Source: Octopus bimaculoides (taxonomy: Eukaryota). From it: 64,000 nt of DNA. Within the stretch, counting starts at the first letter, position 1; every line of letters begins with the position of its first letter. The notes below the pieces were generated by a model. The model saw only the letters and a program-made list of their open reading frames with translations, did not search any database and had not been told where the DNA came from. This document shows, in pieces, positions 25,860-38,880 of the stretch. The DNA lies in the NCBI RefSeq assembly GCF_001194135.2, contig NC_068989.1, positions 34,945,831 to 35,009,830 of the forward strand. Direction: 5' to 3'. The translations under genes were made by a program, and so were the position numbers.

Positions 25860-26853
25860 CATCATCATCATCATCATCGTTTAACGTCCGCTTTCCATGC
25901 TAGCATGGGTTGGACGATTTGACTGAGGACTGGTGAAACCGGATGGCAACACCAGGCTCCAGTCTAATTTGGCAGAGTTTCTACAGCTGGATGCCCTTCC
26001 TAACGCCAACCACTCAGAGAGTGTAGTGGGTGCTTTTACGTGTCACCCGCACGAAAACGGCCACGCTTGAAATGGTGTCTTTTATGTGCCNNNNNNNNNN
26101 NNNNNNNNNNNNNNNNNNNNNNNNNNNNNNNNNNNNNNNNNNNNNNNNNNNNNNNNNNNNNNNNNNNNNNNNNNNNNNNNNNNNNNNNNNNNNNNNNNNN
26201 NNNNNNNNNNNNNNNNNNNNNNNNNNNNNNNNNNNNNNNNNNNNNNNNNNNNNNNNNNNNNNNNNNNNNNNNNNNNNNNNNNNNNNNNNNNNNNNNNNNN
26301 NNNNNNNNNNNNNNNNNNNNNNNNNNNNNNNNNNNNNNNNNNNNNNNNNNNNNNNNNNNNNNNNNNNNNNNNNNNNNNNNNNNNNNNNNNNNNNNNNNNN
26401 NNNNNNNNNNNNNNNNNNNNNNNNNNNNNNNNNNNNNNNNNNNNNNNNNNNNNNNNNNNNNNNNNNNNNNNNNNNNNNNNNNNNNNNNCTCTTGCACGCC
26501 ACAACTGATGCTTCTAATGTTCAGCTTTTCTCTCAAGATACTTACACTCTGACGGGTATTCACATTGACATTACACATCCAACGGAGCATACTGGCTTCA
26601 TTCCTTGCAAGCTTACGTATGTCCTCAGCAGTTACAGCCCATGTTTCACTGCCATGTAGCATGGCTGTTCGTACGCATGCGTCATACAGTCTGCCTTTTA
26701 CTCTGAGTGAGAGTCCCTTTGTCGCCAGCAGGGGTAAGAGCTCTCTAAACTTTGCCCAGGCTATTCTTATTCTAGCAGCTACACTTTCAGCGCACCCACC
26801 CCCACTACTAACTTGGTCGCCCAGATAGCGGAAGCTATCGACTACCTCTAGTT
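25860..26853 (-). mobile_element. 5'-truncated RTE LINE spanning an N gap
   Basis: VDSFRYLG...RIRIAWAKFREL...MLHGSETW post-RT domain; UTR nearly identical to the 13.7-kb copy. Confidence 0.9.
26091..26488. other. Assembly gap (others: 37089-37323, 39878-40057, 42555-42669, 52458-52697)
   Basis: Runs of N. Confidence 1.
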
Positions 26854-27152
26854 TTATGTATATATATCTGTACATACATCATCTTCATCATTTAACATCC
26901 ATCTTCCATGGGTCGGACAGTTTGAAATGATCCAATGAGTTGGAAGACTGTGCATATACACATACAAACAGGTTTCCATAATTTCTGCTTACCAATTCTA
27001 CTCACAAAGTATTAGTTGGCTCTGCATTTGCTAGTAATAGTATATTTGTTTACCAAACCAAAGCATTATTGCATTCATATTTTACAGTTACTTTTTTAAA
27101 GACATTGATCTATGATATTAGTAATTCTTTCTTCTTTTTTATTTATTGTTAG

Positions 27153-27263
27153 TCTGGTGCCCTGATGGCTGTTCTTGGAGCTGTCTGCCTTACTTATCCT
27201 AATGCACAATTATCAATAGCATTCATTGGTGATATCATCCCTCATTCTTTTTCAGCTGGTGCA
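27153..27263 (+). CDS. PARL: PARL exon 7 (catalytic Ser is first codon)
   Basis: ttgttag/gtgagt; 111 nt; SGALMAVLGAVCLTYPNAQLSIAFIGDIIPHSFSAGA completes G-A-S-G. Confidence 0.94.
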
Positions 27264-28606
27264 GTGAGTATCCTTATGAAATTTATTAACATTATGTAGA
27301 TGTGTCCAGCATTGTTGTTGTTTAGTCCCATGTTAGCTCTGATAGAACCAGCTTATAATCAAAGGCTTTCAGAGTGTTCCCCCAAAGTACATTAACCAAT
27401 GAGTCTACTTTATTTTTTTTTTAAGCTGATAGGTATGTAGTCTCGGGCAGGTTGGTATGAAAAAGGTTAAGCATTCTCTTTCTTGTTTTATTTTGGAGTT
27501 TTTGATTTCCTTGTTGGGTTACCTCTATTGTAGTGCGAGTTACATATACCTCTTTAATGAAGATACTAAGGAGAAAGTAAAAGAAGGTAGAGAACCATGT
27601 TGTTATATCTACATGTCTTGTATAAAACCATTTCATTGATTTGGGCTATGATTTTGGAAAAGAAAAGAAAACTATTCAGTTACAAAATGAAGAGAAAGTG
27701 TTTATGAAATTACCTAAATCAACAGAGATAGAAACATCAAGTTTTATCTTTGGAACACTAGTGTTTCTGTTTATTACTGAATTGAACTTAGTTTTATGTA
27801 CCTAAGAATAGTAAAAAATTGCAGCAAGGAAGTATGTATATGTGTGGGTGGAAGTTTGATCTAATAAGCAGGGCACATAATTTTATGTTGTTTCACTTTA
27901 CTCAGGTGAAAATTAGTACTACAGCTGACCTTGACCCTAACAGTCTCATCCTGGGTGATCTGCTGGGTCAGGGGTGGGAGAGTTGAGAGGGTGTTTATGT
28001 ATGCTTGAAATTAGACACCTGAAACAAATAGCGAAAGCTTGGTACAAGCTACAAGATCATACTCTCTTGCATGTGATGGCTAAGCAGTAGTTGCAGTACT
28101 TCACTTTGATTGTTAATAGCCTTCAGAAAAGGACATCACAAAATATATATTAGACAGTTTAATAGGTTCTGATGGGCCCAAGGACTGTATTGTATTTAAG
28201 TGTCTGCTTTGACATAATTTCTATGACTGGTGTCCTTCTTGATACCAACCCCATTACAACATATTATGGGAGTTTTTTCATGGCATCAGTACCTGTGAGG
28301 GGTCACCATGCAGTTTGAAAGACTACAAATCCTGAGGGGAAAGCTTTATGCTAAGGGATGAAGGATAAATGTATGAAAGACGTGACCAGAGCAGAACAAG
28401 TTTCTATATAACTGGTGGAGCTGGAAAGAGACGCAATAGAGATGAGGTGTCTGGGTGGATCAAGGCACAAGATAAGTAGAAATGAGGAGTGGAACAGTGA
28501 GAACAGGAGTGTGGGGTGAGGGAGAGAGCCTGTAAAAGTTCAATCTATAAAAATAAACGTCATCAATAAATGGATTATCTATTATATAAATGCATTTTAT
28601 TTTTAG

Positions 28607-28704
28607 GTAATGAAAGTAATCATTGTCTTTGACACAATTGGTGTATTAGCTGGCTGGAAATTCTTCGACCATGCAGCTCATCTTGGAGGCATGCTATTTG
28701 GACT
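28607..28704 (+). CDS. PARL: PARL exon 8 (catalytic His)
   Basis: ttttag/gtaagt; 98 nt; [32 protein letters not shown]. Confidence 0.96.
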
Positions 28705-29608
28705 GTAAGTGAGCATTACCAACATCATTTCTGAAGTATTTGCTATTTTTGTCTATCTCAAAGCATAACCCTTTTGATACCAATTCACTTTGTGACAGCA
28801 ATCCACCCATTTTAACAACCAAAGGTGTTTGTCACTGAAGAGGCTAAATCCAAAACACTGGTGTGTAATGGCATTCTGAGCAAATTGTGTTTTTCAACAC
28901 TCCAAAACTCTAAAGAGAAGTTTCTCTAAGATAGAATATTACAGCTAGCACCATTCTACATCTGTATATAAACACTACTTTAATCTAGGTGCATATGTTG
29001 ATAAAATTACTTATAAAATTCCCACAAATTCTGGTCTAATTTCAAAATTAAGCCAAAGCACTTAAATAGTGTAAATGGCTGTGTGGTTAAGGTTGCTTCA
29101 CAAGCACATGATTTTGGGTTCAGTCCCACTGTGCAGCACCTTGGGCAAGTGTCTTCTACTGTGGTCCTAGGCCTACCAATGTCTTATGAATTTGGTAAAA
29201 TGGAACTGTGCAGAAGCATGTTGTGTGAGTCATTGTGTTTGTCTTTCACTGTCTGACATTGTTGATTTGTTTATTTTCTTGAAACTTAGTGGTTCAGCAA
29301 AAAGCAATCAATAGAATAGGTACTGAAACCATGAAAGAGTTTATTGTCATGAAAGTCTAAATGTAATATTTCTTAACTTTCACTGAAATCAAACTTGCAT
29401 TGTTTTTTTATATCAATTCAGATTTTTCTAGGCCAGCTTCACTTGTCATCTTTCCAAGTTGGCTGAAAATAAGTTCCAGTAAGGTTGATTATATCCTTCT
29501 CTACTGGAAAACTAGGATTTTGGCTTCAGTGGTGGGGTAACATAGGCTAATTCTGAACTTCTGATACTGTGGTAAATTGAAACTTGTATTTCCATTTTTG
29601 ATTTTCAG

Positions 29609-29696
29609 ATGGTATGTGACATATGGTAAAAAACTGATCTGGGAACAGCGTGAATCAGTACAGAAATGGTGGCACCACATTAGAGGAGATCCTTGA
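29609..29696 (+). CDS. PARL: PARL exon 9 (terminal)
   Basis: ttttcag acceptor; WYVTYGKKLIWEQRESVQKWWHHIRGDP-stop; summed CDS is 1050 nt = 349 aa + stop. Confidence 0.95.
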
Positions 29697-29798
29697 AAAT
29701 TACACATGTACACAAACTCAAATTGTGATATATTTGTCATTTTGTTGGAATTACGATAATCTTACACTATTACAATTTTTTAATATATAATTTATTCC

Positions 29799-29804
29799 AA
29801 TAAA
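29799..29804 (+). terminator. Probable PARL polyadenylation signal
   Basis: AATAAA about 100 nt after the stop codon. Confidence 0.5.
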
Positions 29805-29859
29805 ACATAAAAGTATTTCTCCACAAGATTTCTACCTTTAAAAAAGTTAAGATTGGTTT

Positions 29860-30798
29860 TTGTCAGTCTCTTCAAAGCATTCATCATGTGAATCAAAAGC
29901 TTATATAAATGCCTTCCTTACATATTGTTGTCCTAATAAATTTGTAAACACCTGTCAGTTCCTTGATGTGACTGCTGAGATGGCCATAAGGACAAAAGTA
30001 CATGCCCAAAGTGAGGTGTGCACTAGTACCAGTGTCTTTAATAAATTTCTCTTGTGTCACTCCAAGATTGATGACTCTTATAACCGATTCTCAAGAGAAT
30101 GTTTGGGCTTGCAGTAGGATAAATCTTCATGAAAAAAGCAGCTTGTCAAAGAAGTGTCAGTATCAATTATCTTTATTTGCAGTCAGCAGCAGTGCTATCT
30201 TACGGCACTGACAACATCCAGGACTGCATTAAAAGGCATTGACTACCTTTGAGGAAACTGTGCAGAGATGTTTGAAATAAAAGCCTTCAATCCTCAACAA
30301 AATCACCATTTAAGTGGCATCACCAACTTCCTTCATAGCTCTGAAGCTTGGATAGCATGAACACTTCCATATGAACTGCTTCCAGTGTATCCTGGGAGTT
30401 ATCTGACAGGATCTATATACCTCACAATAAAATCCTTGTGAGGACCAATGATTACACTGGCCAAAAAATTCTAACTTTTTGTCAGTTGACCTAACTTTGA
30501 GATCTGTTTTGGGGTAATCTGGAGTCACTGAGTTTAAAAATGGCAATAGTTTTTTTTCTATGAGCTGGCCCATATTGGTCCCACCTGTAGCTCCATGTTT
30601 TAGAAATTTCTCAATGCATTTTTTGTAGGGTATGTTAGCAGTAAGAGTCTCAGTGAGTGAGGATGTGACGTTCTGTTGGCCAAGTATATGTTCCTGTGTA
30701 GAAGTGCATTTCCTAAAAACTGTGTGCTTGGTCATCTTAATCTGCGTTGTTAATCTCTTCTTACTATCAACAAATGTACAAAAGATATAGTTAAACAT
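29860..30798 (-). mobile_element. Tentative hAT (CGGBP-like) transposase remnant
   Basis: 162-codon open frame with LTANIPYKKC..KFLKHGATGG, followed by frameshifted KAFISN-like segment; similarity judged by eye only. Confidence 0.3.
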
Positions 30799-30910
30799 TT
30801 CTGCTGAATATTTATTTTATCTATGTATTTAAACAAACCTAGATATATAAATATGTTCCTCATCTCTCTTTACATATTTATTTCATGAAATAACACAAGG
30901 GTTCAGTAGC

Positions 30911-33085
30911 ATGGTGTCATTGTGAAGGAAATGCTCGAATTGCCAACTCTTTTTGTTATATATGTGGGTGTTTTACAAAGAAGAATGAACATTAGTGACT
31001 TTGTGAAAAGATCCTACTTGACTTACTTTAAAGTTGGTGATCAGGATAAATTGTGAGCTTTGCACAATGTAAACCCTGTGTTGAAAATCTATGCCAATCG
31101 ACAAAGGCCACAAGGAAACAACTAACATTTGGCATTCCTATGGTATGGTGGGAGCGAAAGAACCATGTAAACGATTGTTACTTTTGTCTCATGAAGACCT
31201 CTATTTATAGTAAGAAAACGCAACAGAAAATAAGTTACGCAAATCTGGATTTAGCAATTCATCCAGTGTTTCACTCAGATGAAATACCAGCACCTGTTTC
31301 CAAGGATCTACCTTCACTGGAAAATGAAATGATATAGGCACAGGAGTTGCTGTGTGGTAAGTAGCTTGCTTACCAACCACATGGTTCTGGGCAAGTGTCT
31401 TCTACTATAGCCTCGGGCCAACCAAAGCCTTGTGAGTGGATTTGGTAGACGGAAACTGAAAGAAGCCTGTCGTATATATGTATATGTTTGTCCCCCCCCC
31501 CCCAGCATTGCTTGACAACCTATGCTGGTGTGTTTACATCCCCGTAACTTAGTGGTTCGGCAAAAGGGACTGATAGAATAAGTACTTGGCTTACAAAGAA
31601 TAAGTCCTGGGGTCGATTTGCTTGACTAAAGGTGGTGCTCCAGCATGGCTGCAGTCAAATGACTGAAACAAGTAAAAGAGTAATGTGAAGTAGATGTAAA
31701 TCGTGAAAATGACATAGATATAGACATTGTAGAAATGTCAACCAATGAACGTGAAAACTTCAACCAGGCAGAACTTAATGATTTTATTTGAGACTTAGGA
31801 CTATCAAAAGACTTATCAGAACTGTTAGCTTCTAGGCTTAAAGAGAAGAATTTGTTGCAGAAAGAAACAAACATAACTTTTTATCAGAATAGGAGAAAAA
31901 GGATATCTTGACATTCTTTACAGCTGGAAAAGATTTTGTTTACTCTTGTGACGTGGCGTAACTGTTAAATGTGATGGGTATTGAACAGTATGGTCCTAGT
32001 GAATGGAGACTCTTTATAGATAATTCAAAGAAGTCTAAAATGTGTATTACTCCATAATGGAAACTTGTTTGGTGCACTTCCTATTGGTTACTCTTTGCAC
32101 TTAAAAGAGAATTACGATCACATAAAAGTTGTACTAGTTATACGAACACAAATGGGTCATGTGTGGATCTAAAAATGGTCAACACAGAGGGTATACAAAA
32201 TATCCGTGTTACCTGTGTTTATGGGATAGCTGAGCAAGAGACAAACATTGGGAACAGAAACTTTTGATTGTTGGGGAGAAGAATATCATACACTAACTAA
32301 CCACTTCTTGAAAGAGTAAAAATCATCTCCCCACCCCTTTATATTAAACAATTTATCAAAGCTGTTAATGTGGAGGGTAACTGTTTCAAATTCATACATA
32401 CATTTCCTGGCCTAAGTTATGATAAAATGCCAGAATTTCTCAAGCTCAATAACTGATGTAGAAAAAAGAGCATGAGATTTATTTGTGGCTGTGGTGAAAA
32501 GATTTCGGGGGAGTGAAAAGGCTGCAAACTACACGGATATAGTGGAAACATTACTTGATAGATTTCCACTTTTTTAGGCTGCAACATGAGCATAAAGCTT
32601 CATTTCTTTTAAGAGTCATTTTGATGAATTTCCTGCTAACCCCAGAGACGTGAGTGATGAGTGCTTTCATCATGCAATCAAGATTATGAAGGAGAGATAT
32701 CAAAACCAATGGAACACACTGGTGATGGCAGACTACTGTTGGTGTATTCAAAGAGACTGTGTAGACATGAAATACTCCCTCAAGTGGAAGTTTGTGTTTT
32801 ATCCATCATATTAGAGAATCAACAGTATGTATTAAGTAAAAGGTGATGCTACCTTACATTTCATTTAATATTTTATTGACCTTATAACTTATGGTTTGAA
32901 GCTATAAGTCTTAGTAAACTATCCTCACCAAATAAATTATTTATACAGTGCATCATAAAATAGGGTTATGTTATAGAATGAAAAGGTGATGTATTAGAAA
33001 AAAATGGATGCATATTTGAAATCAGCATCTCAAAATTAACTAAAAATAACCCCAAAACGAAGCCAGCAAAAAGTGTTGACCAGTG
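30911..33085 (+). mobile_element. Decayed Chapaev3-like (CMC) DNA transposon with nested SINE
   Basis: CYICG, GDQDK, FGIPMVW.E.KNHVNDCYFC, LLPSNGN-like and VSDE-like motifs across frameshifts; right end ...AAAAGTGTTGACCAGTG; left TIR not found. Confidence 0.65.
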
Positions 33086-33654
33086 TTTTATCTAACATCA
33101 TATATAGTAACTGGGACACATGAAAACAATACACTTGTTGGCTGTTCCCAAGAATGGTTTAGTTAGTTGTTCTATGGTTAACATTCAACTGGAGGACTGA
33201 AATGCTTTGAGGAAATGCAAGATCAGACTGTTATTGCTGGTCATACCATTTGGTAATGGCTGTACGGGGATGGGGTCTTATACTGGAGAAGGAGAGCAGA
33301 AAAGAACCTTCATTACTATTACCACCACCAACACCTATACATTTCCCCTTGTGGGATCAAAGTAGGACTAAGGAGCCAGGATAACCATCAAGGAAGTCTA
33401 TAACATCATTAAAAATTAACTAATTGATCTTCCATCTGACTGGGTAACTATGTATCTCCTCTACAACAACACACCTGTTTCTTCTCTCATTCTTGATTGC
33501 TCTTACCTTTGGCTAGGAAACCATGTATCTCCTTTACATCAGCACACTTGTTTTCTGTCCTCTTGTTAACTCTCTCTCCCTCTGGATAACCATGTATCTC
33601 CTCTAAAGCAAGACACCTGTTTCTTATTTCTTTACTGCCCACAAAAAGCTACAC

Positions 33655-33815
33655 ACAGAGGGGACAAATGGATTAAGTCGATTATACTGACCTCAGTGCG
33701 TAACTGGTACTTATTTAATCGACCCTGAAAGGATGAAGGGCAAAGTCGACCTTAGCAGCAGACGAAATACCGCTAAGCATTTTGCCTGGTGTGCTAATGT
33801 TTCTACCAGCTCACC
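33655..33815 (-). mobile_element. Second tRNA-derived SINE family
   Basis: aaatgcttagcggtatttcg...gtcgactttgcc(c/t)ttcatcctttc; copies also at ~8760-8910, 61255-61445, 61725-61910, 62275-62475. Confidence 0.75.
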
Positions 33816-33981
33816 GCAAGACATCTGTTTCTGTCACAGTCTTAACCATTCATCTAGCACGAGATCACCTCCTCCAATCTCAAAGATTCCTCGTCTTGCA
33901 AAGTTACTTGGTGACCCTGCCAGTGCAGGTGCCACTTAAAAGCATTGTCCACACTATAAAGTGGTTGGAATTTGGAAGGGC

Positions 33982-34175
33982 ATCCAGCTGTAAAAACCAT
34001 GCCAAAACTGACCTCGCCTATGCTGGTGCCACATAAAAAGCATTCCGTCCATTCTGCAGAGTGGTTATCCAGCTGTAAAAACCATGGCAAAACTGACCTC
34101 GCTTATGCTGGGGCCACATAAAAAGCACTCTGTCCATTCTGCAGAGTGGTTATCCAGCTGTAAAAACCATGGCAA
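33982..34175 (+). repeat. 85-bp tandem repeat, about 2.3 copies, inside an RTE-type 3' end
   Basis: atccagctgtaaaaaccatg recurs at 33982, 34067 and 34152. Confidence 0.85.
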
Positions 34176-36886
34176 AACAGAAGTATGGTGCAGCCTCTGC
34201 CTGGCCAGCTCCTGTCCAACCCATGCCAGCATGGAAAGAAGATGTTAAACAACGATGATGATGATAGTCTTCTTAGATCCCAGACAACTTGTCAATACCA
34301 CTTATACCAAATTATTCAACCTGCTAGAAACAGCAGCTACCTTACCCTCATATATGTTAGTGTCATAAAAAAAAAGCACATTTGAAAAGAGTGGGTAAAT
34401 TTTTACTATTACACTTGTAATAGTAAAAATTTACTAGAAAATGTCATGGAATTGGAGAACAAAAATGTAAAATATTAAATTTTTTGGACGAAAAATTCTT
34501 TCACAGAAGGAAACAATCACCCAATTGCTTCTCCACTAGTGATAGCTATTCTGAAATCCCATTGATCAGGGATTACTCCTGTCTCACGAGATCGATGTAA
34601 TGGTGAAAATTTACCAAAAACTGAAATGTCTACTCATAGGTAAGTGTAATGACAGAGTTTTCTCATGGGAAATGTGACTTCAACAGTTTTCATAGCATTA
34701 CATTTGTGTAGAAAGCTATCACTGCAAAATATGTGAACGGACAGTATTTTAGTTCTATGTCCTGGTCATTAAAGACGTTCCAACTGTCAACTCATTTTAT
34801 TTTGCCAGCTTTCGTTTTATGTACATATAATAGTCTTTTAATGTTACATTTAGTGTTATGAGTAATGTTTCAATATCAAAACTGTATAAAAACTATTTTA
34901 GTACTGGGTTATAGATTTTCTTGTGCAAATGAAACCGATTGTCTTAGATTTATTTTTTTAATTAATAAACTGTAACATTAATTAAATAGGATAATATCTA
35001 AAGCATTTGATAATGTGAATATCTGAACTTCCTATTTTCATTTAATGATTATTTATCAAACTTCCTTTCAATTTATTTCTTATTTGCCATTTTACAATTA
35101 TCAAAAGATTACCTTGGTTTTTGCCAATTCAGCACTCTGGGGTAGATTTATTTAGGCTCTATTAACTTACAGGCAAAGACAACTCAGAAATTATGTGGGG
35201 TATTTCTCCAGTCATGCTTTACATAGCAGAGAGAAAAAGAGATGCAAAGAGAGTTAGGATTGGTGTAGCAGGCAATGAGTAAAGGAACACTACAGAGAAA
35301 GAAGCATAGAGTGCATGTATATATTATCAATCACATATACATGATGTGTGTGTGTGTATATATTCTTCTGTTTCAGCCATTTGACTGCAGCCATGCTGTA
35401 GCAATGCCTTTAGTCGAACAAATCGACCCCAGGACTTATTCTTTCTTAGCCTAGTGTTTATTCTATTGATCTCTTTTGCTGAACTGCTAAGTTACAGGGA
35501 CATAAACACACCAACATTGGTTGTCAAGCGATAGTGGTGGGGGACACAAACATATATATATATACGACGGGCTTCTTTCAGTTTCTGTCTACCAGATCCA
35601 CTCACAAGGGTTTGGTTGGTCTGAGGTAATAGTAGAAGACACTTGCCCAAGGTGCCATGCTGTGAGACTGAACCTGGAACCATATATATGCAGAGCATGT
35701 GTACGCGTGTAAACTTCTACAATATAAAATCAACTTGTAGAGCAATTTTCCTTTTTGAATAACTTTATTTAATTTTAAAATATTACAGAGATGTACTTGC
35801 TTGCATAGCAAGTGATTTGATCTGAGATCGTGTGTTGAAACAAAAGCAATTGCAGCATGGGAGATATTTGTAAGCCATTCAAGAACACACAAAAACTTTA
35901 ATTTCACTTCAACATTTAATTTTCATCTGTGTCAAAATATTTTCGTCACTTTGAAACCGAACCTGTTCACTGACAAAACTTAGCACTACATCTGAGAGAG
36001 TAACAGTTAGTTCATCATATACGTGTCCATGCATGTATGGATATGTTTACGTGTGCACGCATGTATGTGAGCATTCATCTGCATACATGCACACGCAAGT
36101 TTATGTCCACGCACCATGTCTGTTCAAATTGCACATATAACTGTTACTCTGCTGAAGATTGTGCACATATGTTCCCTTATGCTTGAGCATAAGTATAGGT
36201 ATGTTTATATTTGCATGTATGTATCTATGACATTGTCTTCACCCTTGGACGGTGGTGAAGGGAACATGTTTACAACCTTTGGTGGAGTAACAGTTGCAAC
36301 TTGAACAGACACATGAAAATTATTGAAGAAAAGTTAAAAATTAAAAATTTGAGGGGGAATTTCAAATTTTGAAAACGTAGGTTCTTGCATATTCGGAATC
36401 TCCATCATAGAAAACAGGAATGCACTGGAAAAAAAAAGGCATTTTGGGTGGGGGATGACTGTGCCAGGTCCTCCGGAAAGTGTGTGTGAGGGGTGGGAGG
36501 TGAAATCTGAAAAATTAAAAGTTTGGGGGAAGGGTTGATTGAAAAAAAAATTCGAAAAAAGCTCAAAATTAAAAATTGGCGAGTGGGGAGAGAGGGTGAA
36601 ATTTGAAAATGTCTTTTTTTGGAGGGGCATATTCGTAATCTTCGACATCTAAAACGTAGGAATCCGGGAAAAAAAACAAAAAAACAAAAAAAACCATCAT
36701 TCATGAAGAGGTGCGATTCTACATTAGCCCCGGAGAATGTTTCCAGCGTATTCGCGAAATGTTTGAGCTTTTCTTGTGTATAAATAACCTTCTGTATAGT
36801 TTAGAACCTCTTTGGTCAATATAAAGACCTTCATCCGGGAGAAAAAAAAAATAACCTGCCTGGGTGGGGTATTAAGAAGTGTGTCG

Positions 36887-37731
36887 AAAACGAATATGAA
36901 GAAAAAAAAAAAAAATGTGCGCTGACGACCCTGGGGGAGTGGGAGGGGACTTTCAGAAAATTCACAAGATCCGATGTTTTCGTCATAACTTCGGGTAAAA
37001 TGGATATATATATATTGATTTTTTTATTTTTACGGAATCTCATCACGTTTTTGGTTATGGAGGATACGATACAGAAGAAAAAAAAAAANNNNNNNNNNNN
37101 NNNNNNNNNNNNNNNNNNNNNNNNNNNNNNNNNNNNNNNNNNNNNNNNNNNNNNNNNNNNNNNNNNNNNNNNNNNNNNNNNNNNNNNNNNNNNNNNNNNN
37201 NNNNNNNNNNNNNNNNNNNNNNNNNNNNNNNNNNNNNNNNNNNNNNNNNNNNNNNNNNNNNNNNNNNNNNNNNNNNNNNNNNNNNNNNNNNNNNNNNNNN
37301 NNNNNNNNNNNNNNNNNNNNNNNTACGTCCCCGTAATTAGCGGTTCGGCAAAAGCGACCGATAGAATAAGTACTAGGCTTACAAAGAATAAGTCCTGGGC
37401 TCGATTTGCTCGACTAAAAGCGGTGCTCCAGCATGGCCACAGTCAAATGACTGAAACAAGTAAGAGTATACCCTCAGGCCTTCAAGCCGGCTAGAAATAA
37501 CTGCCAAATCTCACAAAACTGTGGTAACATAATGAAATGTCGAAAATGCGATTTTTGAAAATTTTTTTTTTCCAGAATCGGATGCTCCATAACCAAAAAC
37601 GTGGGATTCCGTCAAAAAAAAAAAAATCAATATATATCCACTTTACCCGAAGTTATGACGGAAAAATCGGATCTTGTGAATTTTCCGAAAGTCTCCATCC
37701 CCAGCACATTTTTTTTTTTCATATTCGTTTC
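36887..37731. repeat. Long inverted repeat (arms 36887-37070 and 37577-37731), probable foldback MITE
   Basis: cacaagatccgat...cgtcataacttcgggtaaa versus its reverse complement; arms are diverged; N gap and SINE lie between. Confidence 0.75.
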
Positions 37732-38846
37732 AATGACTATATCAATGACTTATAAATGGAGTGCGTTGTACAGAAAAGAGCACTGGATAAGTTTGCGACT
37801 TTGTTTTCGTACACACAAAAAGCAAATACTTACCATGTGGGTAATATTCTAGCAAATTGCGACATCAGGTCGTAACAAGACAATGGATGAGAAGTAGAAA
37901 AGTCACAAAAAACGTACCGACGATGATTTAAATGAAGATGGTGATAATGCAGCAGAGAAATGATTGTGGGGCGAAATTCTAGTTTAAGCACTCTATATGA
38001 TCCCCCATCATAAATCCTAAATTTTCCACATTTTCGACATACGTAGTCTGAAATTGTTTTGGTTTAAATCCCAGTAATGGATCACCATTGAGTGCATCAT
38101 CATCCAACTAAATGTTTTTATGGGAGAAAAAATATTGAAAAACATCAATACATAAAGGAAAGTATCAGGTGGTCCTGGGATGTGCTAAAAACAACAGCTT
38201 AATCGCCCTTAAACACACAGAAAAAATATTTTCTTGTATATGAGTTCCCGTGTGTAAAGTTATGAGATGTTAATGGGGTGCTTAAACCATAATTCCGCCG
38301 ACAAAACAATAGTATGAAGTGAAATACAATTCATTATGGAAATTAGAAAAAAACTATAATCCGAAGATGAAAAAAGTGATGGTCTGCGGAAGGATACAAA
38401 CAGAAGTCAGATCCTGCTCGAAACATTACAACTCACCTCATCTCTTCAACTAGAACAGGTGATGAGTTTTAGAAATAAGGAGGAAGTTTGTGAGGATCAG
38501 AATTATATTCAGCTCATTCCCAACAGGCATGCCTCAACCAAAAAGGGAAGCAACATTCCTGAGAGGTTAGCTTATCCATTCTAAACTACATCATTTCCAT
38601 TAAACTTCCCCTCAGTGTCTAAAACAGACTCGGGAAACGGGTCTCATCACTTCGACTGTTAAGTCGATCAAATAAGATCAAAATGTATCATAATTAAAAG
38701 AAGCAGAATAGAGAAGGAAAAGAAAAAAAAAATGGAGAAAAGAAATGAAGAGAAAGCAGAGGGGAAAAGGAAGAGAAGCGAGTGACGGGGGCTTTATAAT
38801 ACTATAACATATTGCATGCCGGGAAAGTTTACATTATATTAACTTA

Positions 38847-38880
<34 letters not shown>

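Noticed and set aside
34507-34639. Plus-strand exon-like segment ending in ag|gtaagt
   Set aside because: All three frames contain stops; no partner exons found.
38405-38425. ctgctcgaaacatta, partial hammerhead 3' half
   Set aside because: The CUGANGA core and stem II 5' strand are absent.
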